Assembly: GCA_964617735.1 (NCBI GenBank)
Contig: CAZTXT010000001.1
Location: 331,589 to 395,588, forward strand
Length of the DNA: 64,000 nt
Direction: 5' to 3'
Source of the DNA: an uncultured Candidatus Saccharibacteria bacterium
GTDB taxonomy: Bacteria > Patescibacteriota > Minisyncoccia > Phycocordibacterales > DSPV01
The position numbers and the translations under genes are program-made. Shown one piece after another: positions 58,250-64,000 of this stretch (the stretch's first letter is position 1; each line of letters starts with the position of its first letter). Below the pieces are notes generated by a model. It was not told the DNA's origin. It was given only the letters and a program-made list of their open reading frames with translations, and ran no database searches.

Positions 58250-59398
58250 CTATTTGTTGATGTACGAGAGGGTCATCCGCTGTTCTTTGGGTTCGAAGAG
58301 CGTGATTTTGAAATTGTAAGTCTTGCCGAGCTCGAGTTTCTCGCGCAGTTTGTCTTCGCCGCCGAACTCGGAGACGTGCACCAGCCCCGCGACACCCTCT
58401 TCGATCGAAGCGAGCGCGCCGTGCTTGTTGAATTTGATGACGACGCCTTTGACCTCGTCTCCCTTTTTATATTTCTTTTCAGCCGGTCCCCACGGATTTT
58501 CCTTCAGCGCTTTGATCGAAAGCGAGACCTTCCCGTCTTTGATCTCGATGATGCGCACGCGCACCGCGTCGCCCACCTTGAAGCGCGCCCGCGGGTCGTC
58601 CACCAGCGCCCAGTCTATCTCGCTGATATGCACGAGTCCTTCAAGGCCTTCTTCGAGTTTTACGAATACCCCGAAGTCGACGGCGCCGGTGATCGTGCCT
58701 TCGAGTTCGTCACCGACCGCATACTTCTCAATGATCTTCTCTTTTTCTTTTTCCGTCTGATTTTTCTCCGAGAAGATGAGTTTTCCTTCCTGCGGCGAGG
58801 CGGTGATGATGGAGACCGAAAGATGCGTGCCCACGAGCTTCTTCAGTTCATCGAGGATGCGGTCTTTGTTTCCATCAGTGACGCGCGGATAATGTTCGGG
58901 TTTAAGTTGCGAAGCAGGCAAGAATCCCTGCAGTCCCTGCCATTCAAGAATGAGACCGCCCTTGTTCGCCTCCTTGACGATCAGATCCATGACCGTCTTT
59001 TCTTTGATCGCTTGTTCGGCTTCGCCCCAGACGAGCGCCTTGCGCGCTTCTTTGAGTGACAGCTCGATATAGCCGTCGGTATTGTCGAGCCCGACGATCT
59101 TGGCGGCGATGACGTCGCCGGGATTTATCTTTTTGATGAGGTCGCGGGCGTTGATGTACTCGCGGCCGTAAATGATGCCCGTGCCAAACGGCGGCAGGTC
59201 CACGAAAACCGCGGCGCGCGCGATGCCAAGCACTTTTCCTTCAACGACGTCGCCGAGAGAGGGCGGGGTCGAAACCGTATGAATCATTCGCCCCATCAGT
59301 GTCTCCTTTTGGCGGCGAGCTTCGAGTTCTTCTAAGGTTGGTTCTTCTGCGTTCCGTTCCGTTTCTGCGGAAGTCAGCGTTTTCTGATTGCTATGCAT
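58250..59398 (-). CDS. rpsA: ribosomal protein S1 (4 S1 domains)
   Basis: Repeated S1 motifs such as GFLPASQL, FGVFV...EGLVHISEI and GLVHVSE. Confidence 0.92.
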   Translation of the reverse strand: MHSNQKTLTSAETERNAEEPTLEELEARRQKETLMGRMIHTVSTPPSLGDVVEGKVLGIARAAVFVDLPPFGTGIIYGREYINARDLIKKINPGDVIAAKIVGLDNTDGYIELSLKEARKALVWGEAEQAIKEKTVMDLIVKEANKGGLILEWQGLQGFLPASQLKPEHYPRVTDGNKDRILDELKKLVGTHLSVSIITASPQEGKLIFSEKNQTEKEKEKIIEKYAVGDELEGTITGAVDFGVFVKLEEGLEGLVHISEIDWALVDDPRARFKVGDAVRVRIIEIKDGKVSLSIKALKENPWGPAEKKYKKGDEVKGVVIKFNKHGALASIEEGVAGLVHVSEFGGEDKLREKLELGKTYNFKITLFEPKEQRMTLSYINK

Positions 59399-59609
59399 TA
59401 TAAAAACTTCAGAAAAGGGGCTCTGGCCTAAGACTGCGAGAGGTTACTCCTTCTCTATATGTTGTTAATCGCCTTGGGTATTGACCGAGAGAAATCCTCG
59501 GCAGGCGCAGAAGGGTAAGTATACTCATTTTCTTTTGGATGGCAAGGTGGCTTTTTCTTCGCGTTTGCGCTACAGTCCTCGCAGAAATCTCTAAAGAGAA
59601 AGGATTGTT

Positions 59610-59873
59610 ATGGTTGAGGATTCTTATGATTCTCAAGATCACCGGTATATACTCAAATTGACACCAGGCGCGCAGGAGCAGATGCAATTGCTTCAGCAGA
59701 AGACCGAGCAGAGAAATTTGTCGCTTTTGATTCAAAGCGCGCTGTCCCTTTACGATCAGCTTGCCGATATCGTTCTTGAAGGAGGTAGATTATATGTCGA
59801 GAATTCGGATGGTGTTCGGCGGGAAGTTATCATTCGCGGACTCTCCGGATCCGATACTGAAAGGTCCGGCTGA
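59610..59873 (+). CDS. small ribbon-helix-helix-like protein
   Basis: YILKLTPGAQEQMQLLQQKTE...LIQSALSLYD...GGRLYVE pattern. Confidence 0.55.
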   Translation: MVEDSYDSQDHRYILKLTPGAQEQMQLLQQKTEQRNLSLLIQSALSLYDQLADIVLEGGRLYVENSDGVRREVIIRGLSGSDTERSG

Positions 59874-59961
59874 AAGACCGGGAGTGCGCCCGCGGCGACA
59901 ATACTGTCGCCGCGGGCTTCTTCGCTTGCCTCTGCACGCTTTAGGCTATAGGCTATAGCGT

Positions 59962-60603
59962 ATGATCATCACCTTTGAAGGCGCGGAGTTTTTCAAAGTG
60001 CAGTACGGCGACGTGACGCTCGCGTTCAATCCTATTTCTAAACGCTCGAAACTCAAGGGTTCTCGGTTTGGCGCTGACCTTGCGCTGATCAGTGCCAATA
60101 ACCCGGATCTCAACGGCGCGGAGTCGGTGTCGCTCGGTGATAAAAAGCCCTTCGTCATCTCCGGTCCCGGAGAATATGAGTATAAGGGTGTGCTGGTCCG
60201 CGGATTTACTTCTGAAACGCAGTACGGTGGCGAGAAAAGCATCAACACGATTTATGTGGTGTCGCTTGAGAATATCAATCTCTGTTTCTTGGGTGCGCTT
60301 TCAAAAAAAGATTTGCCTGCCGAGACGTCCGAGGGCATCGACGAGGTGGATATTTTGTTCGTGCCGATCGGCGGGAGCGGAGTGCTTGCCCCGACCGAGG
60401 CATATGAGCTTGCCGTCTCCCTTGAACCGAAGCTCATCATCCCGATGCACTTCGGTGCCGTGGGGGCAAAGAATGCTCTGGAGGTCTTTCTGAAAGAAGG
60501 TGGCATCAAGAACGGCTCTGACAAGACCGACAAGCTGACGATAAAGAAAAAGGACTTGGAGGGAAGGGAGGGGGATATTGTCGTACTATTTCCCGTGAGT
60601 TAA
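59962..60603 (+). CDS. MBL-fold hydrolase-like protein (metal ligands degenerate)
   Basis: GPGEYE, DILFVPIGG and PKLIIPMH motifs. The HxHxDH motif is replaced by SANNPDL. Confidence 0.8.
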   Translation: MIITFEGAEFFKVQYGDVTLAFNPISKRSKLKGSRFGADLALISANNPDLNGAESVSLGDKKPFVISGPGEYEYKGVLVRGFTSETQYGGEKSINTIYVVSLENINLCFLGALSKKDLPAETSEGIDEVDILFVPIGGSGVLAPTEAYELAVSLEPKLIIPMHFGAVGAKNALEVFLKEGGIKNGSDKTDKLTIKKKDLEGREGDIVVLFPVS

Positions 60604-60612
60604 TTCGCCGCT

Positions 60613-60945
60613 ATGTTTAAGTTTATCGAACGATTGAGGCAGGAATCCGAACCGCACCGGCGACGGACGGCGCTTATAAGCGCGCTTTCGATAACCGGAG
60701 TTATCTTTATCGCATGGCTTATGCTCGTGACGAGCGGTTCGATCGAGACTTACCACCGAACCGCCGATGTCATCTCTACGAGCACCTCTCCGGTAGCGGC
60801 CGCGCGCGCGGCGCTCCTTGATACGGTAGGTGCCTTCAAGGATTTCGTCGGTATGTTCAAAGAAGCGAAAGTCATATTCGATGCCGCAAGCTCTTCGAGT
60901 CCTGTGATCGCGTCGTCTACCATACCCGCTTCGCTTCCCCGATAG
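60613..60945 (+). CDS. hypothetical membrane protein
   Basis: IERLRQESEPHRRR followed by one TM segment. Confidence 0.65.
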   Translation: MFKFIERLRQESEPHRRRTALISALSITGVIFIAWLMLVTSGSIETYHRTADVISTSTSPVAAARAALLDTVGAFKDFVGMFKEAKVIFDAASSSSPVIASSTIPASLPR

Positions 60946-61032
60946 TGACCATTTCTCGGGAGATTAAGAGAGTGCTTTGTACAGCCGCAACGGCTTTATT
61001 TTAGGGTTGTTTTTTGATACAATAGAGGCACT

Positions 61033-63486
61033 ATGGCAGAAAAGAAGGAGCCATCCAAAGAGGCCCCCAAGCTATCGGTTTTGCCCCGCAGTATCACCGC
61101 CGAGATGCGCGAGTCGTATCTCGACTACGCGATGTCAGTCATTACCGCGCGCGCGCTGCCTGACGTCCGTGATGGCCTCAAACCGGTCCATCGCCGCATA
61201 CTGTATGCGATGCAGGAAGCGGGGCTCACCGCCTCGGCGCGTTTTCGCAAATCGGCGACTGTGGTCGGCGATGTGCTCGGCAAATATCATCCTCACGGCG
61301 ACATGGCCGTGTATGACGCGATGGTCAAAATGGCCCAGGATTTTTCGTTCCGCTACCCACTGATCGTTGGCCAGGGAAATTTCGGTTCGGTTGACGGGGA
61401 TTCTCCGGCAGCCATGCGTTACACCGAGGCCAAGATGTCGCGACTTGCGGGCGAACTCCTCAAAGATCTCGATAAAGAAACCGTTGAGTGGAGACCCAAT
61501 TACGACGGACGGCTGAAAGAGCCCTCCGTGCTTCCCTCGGCAGTTCCGAATCTGCTTCTCAATGGCACGCTCGGTATCGCGGTTGGCATGGCAACCAACA
61601 TTCCCCCGCACAACCTTCGCGAGGTCGCGCAGGCGCTCACGCATCTCGTCGACCACAAAGACGCCACCACAGAGGACCTCTTAGAATTCGTCAAAGGACC
61701 CGATTTTCCGACCGGCGGCATCGCGTACGGGCAGAAAGATATCAGCCATGCCTATGCTAACGGCAAAGGAGGTGTCGTTGTGCGTGGCGAGGCCGAGATC
61801 ACCGAGGCGAAAAGCGGTGCGTTTCAGATCGTTATCTCATCGCTGCCGTATCGGGTGAACAAAGCCGATCTCATTGTTTCTATTGCTGATCTGGTCCGCG
61901 AGAAGAAGCTCGAGGGCATCAAGGCCCTGCGGGATGAATCCACCAAAGAGATACGTATTGTCATAGACCTCAAGTCGGGCAGCCACCCGCAAACGGTGCT
62001 CAATTACCTCTACAAACACACCCAGCTTGAGGAAGCGTTCCACTACAACTGCGTCGCGCTCGTGGACGGCGTTCCCCAGACGCTCTCTCTCAAATCCCTG
62101 CTTGAGAATTTCCTCAAACATCGGCGTGAAGTCATCCGTCGCCGGACCGAATTCGAACTCAAAACCGCACAGGCGCGCGAGCATATCCTCTTAGGCCTCA
62201 CCAAAGCGCTCGATCACATCGACCGTATCATCAAGCTCATCAAAGCGGCCAAGGATGTTGATTCCGCCCGCGCGGCGCTCATGAAAGAATTCAAATTCAG
62301 CGATCTACAGGCCAACGCGATCTTGGATATGAAGCTTCAGAGGCTTGCAGGCCTCGAGCGCAAGAAGATCGAGGATGAGCTCAAAGCGGTGCAGGTTCTC
62401 ATCAAGGACTTGAAAGACATTTTGGCCAATCCCAAACGCATCCCGGCTATCATCAAGACGGAACTCTCTGAACTTTCGGAGAAGTACGGCAATGATCGGC
62501 TCACCAAGATCGTCAAACACGAGGCCAAAGCGTTTTCCATCGAAGACACGATCGCAGACACCGACTCGGTACTGGTTTTGACCTCCGGTGGGTATGTCAA
62601 ACGGACCGACCCCGAAGAATACCGCAAGCAGCGCCGCGGCGGGGTGGGCGTCGTTGACCTCGATACTAAAGAAGAGGATTTCGTCTCCATCTTTTTGACC
62701 GCTTCGACACACTCCGATCTCCTCTTTTTCTCGGATAAGGGAAAGGCGTATCAGATAAAGATGTACGAGATCCCCGAAGGCAGGCGCGCGACTAAAGGCA
62801 AGTCCATTATGAATTATCTCGCGCTCTCGCAAGGCGAGCAGATCACGTCGATATTGCCCATGCCCAAGGTGGCAAAGCAGTCCAACCTTTCTTTGATGAT
62901 GGTCACTACGCATGGTGTCGCTAAAAAGGTAGATGCGAAAAGTTTCCATGATGTTCGGCGCTCGGGGCTCATCGCCATCAAACTCGATTCGGGGGATGCG
63001 CTCCAAGTGGTCGCGTTCGTCGATAAAGGCGATAGCATCGCGGTCGCGACGGCGCACGGACAATCCATACGATTCAAGGAATCCGACGTCCGGGCGATGG
63101 GGAGAGCCGCGGGTGGCGTCCGGGCGATTAAATTGAAGAAGGGGGACAAGGTGGTGGGCGCCGATATCGTCAGGAAAGACGAGAAAGATCCGCTCTTTTT
63201 GGTCGTCTCATCCAACGGCTATGGCAAAGTCACCCCCCTCAAAGAGTATAAGATCCAGCGCCGTGGCGGCTCGGGTATCAAGACTGCGAAGGTTACGGCG
63301 AAGACTGGCCCGCTGATCGCCTCAAAAGTGCTCTCCGACGAGATGGAGATCGTCGCGATATCGAAAAAGAGCCAGGTTATTCGCGTGGATGCCAAAGAGA
63401 TTCCGGAGCTCGGGCGTCAGACGCAGGGCGTTCGCATCATGCGCCTGCGTGAGGGGGATAGCCTCGCGTCGGTTACCTGTTTGTAA
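61033..63486 (+). CDS. gyrA: DNA gyrase subunit A
   Basis: [29 protein letters not shown] and GyrA-box QRRGGVG motifs. Confidence 0.98.
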   Translation: MAEKKEPSKEAPKLSVLPRSITAEMRESYLDYAMSVITARALPDVRDGLKPVHRRILYAMQEAGLTASARFRKSATVVGDVLGKYHPHGDMAVYDAMVKMAQDFSFRYPLIVGQGNFGSVDGDSPAAMRYTEAKMSRLAGELLKDLDKETVEWRPNYDGRLKEPSVLPSAVPNLLLNGTLGIAVGMATNIPPHNLREVAQALTHLVDHKDATTEDLLEFVKGPDFPTGGIAYGQKDISHAYANGKGGVVVRGEAEITEAKSGAFQIVISSLPYRVNKADLIVSIADLVREKKLEGIKALRDESTKEIRIVIDLKSGSHPQTVLNYLYKHTQLEEAFHYNCVALVDGVPQTLSLKSLLENFLKHRREVIRRRTEFELKTAQAREHILLGLTKALDHIDRIIKLIKAAKDVDSARAALMKEFKFSDLQANAILDMKLQRLAGLERKKIEDELKAVQVLIKDLKDILANPKRIPAIIKTELSELSEKYGNDRLTKIVKHEAKAFSIEDTIADTDSVLVLTSGGYVKRTDPEEYRKQRRGGVGVVDLDTKEEDFVSIFLTASTHSDLLFFSDKGKAYQIKMYEIPEGRRATKGKSIMNYLALSQGEQITSILPMPKVAKQSNLSLMMVTTHGVAKKVDAKSFHDVRRSGLIAIKLDSGDALQVVAFVDKGDSIAVATAHGQSIRFKESDVRAMGRAAGGVRAIKLKKGDKVVGADIVRKDEKDPLFLVVSSNGYGKVTPLKEYKIQRRGGSGIKTAKVTAKTGPLIASKVLSDEMEIVAISKKSQVIRVDAKEIPELGRQTQGVRIMRLREGDSLASVTCL

Positions 63487-63583
63487 TAAGGCCTAAGCTT
63501 CGGTGCCAACAGACTTCCGTTATACACACCAGCTCTCCTTCGTACACGATATAATAGATATGCCAGCCGCGGTTGGCATAGCG

Positions 63584-64000
63584 ATGTTCGCTCGTCCAGG
63601 CTCCAACTTAGTGCAGTTCGACATCTATCCGGGGGCGCACGTTGCCGATCTGGGTGCCGGATCAGGTTTTTATGCTCTTGCCGCTGGACGTATGGCAGGT
63701 CCTCGGGGCAAGGTCTTTGCGATAGATGTCCAGCAGGAGCTCTTGGATCGCATCAAGAAAGAAGCGGATCACGAAGGCTTGCGCAACATAGAAGTCATTT
63801 GGGGAGATATCGAGCAGCCGGGAGGCACCCGTTTGCGCGATGGTTCGGTGGATCGGGTCATTCTCTCCGACGTACTCTCGCAGGCGGATGATAGGGGAGG
63901 AGCGCTCTCGGAGAGCTTCAGGATCTTAAAGTCCGGCGGAAGGCTTCTGATCGTTGACTGGTCCGATACATCCGATCTTTCCGGTCCTGACGCAGCCCAT
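63584..64000 (+). CDS. class I SAM-dependent methyltransferase (runs off the window end)
   Basis: Reads MFARPGSNLVQFDIYPGAHVADLGAGSG...KVFAIDVQ. Confidence 0.85.
   Translation, partial: MFARPGSNLVQFDIYPGAHVADLGAGSGFYALAAGRMAGPRGKVFAIDVQQELLDRIKKEADHEGLRNIEVIWGDIEQPGGTRLRDGSVDRVILSDVLSQADDRGGALSESFRILKSGGRLLIVDWSDTSDLSGPDAAH

Noticed and set aside
57977-59059. Long antisense ORFs (also 51761-52678, 54941-55810, 28492-29376, 3271-4026)
   Set aside because: They are shadow frames opposite well-supported conserved genes and have no recognisable motifs.

Overview
A 64-kb bacterial chromosomal segment, most likely from a Patescibacteria/CPR (Parcubacteria-like) genome. That placement is inferred from the compact gene set, short-leader genes and protein styles. 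The backbone is housekeeping: rnj, secG, groES/EL, lemA-htpX, msrB, nrdAB, rnpB, murJ, lepA, valS, tsaD, trxB, ftsZA, ybeY, rpsU, lepB, pth, rpsA, gyrA and seven tRNAs. Three accessory islands sit at tRNA 3' ends. tRNA-Ser(GGA) carries a UvrD helicase, a HEPN-like protein, a recombinase relic and a VOC gene. tRNA-Phe carries a large serine recombinase with an intact inverted attP inside the element. tRNA-Glu carries a large serine recombinase, a type II R-M pair and a TerS-like gene. The most striking unexplained signal is a family of ~90-155 bp structured elements downstream of different tRNAs. Their outer arms are re-programmed to match the neighbouring tRNA (inverted T-arm copy at one end, direct copy of the tRNA 3' end at the other), and four of the five copies share a covarying core. 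Other notable items are a 59-bp hairpin duplicated inside RNase P RNA, a 3'-UTR/MITE-like repeat behind nrdA and ftsZ, three candidate ncRNAs and a class Ic (Tyr-less) RNR beta subunit. All calls are by eye; no database search or folding program was run.
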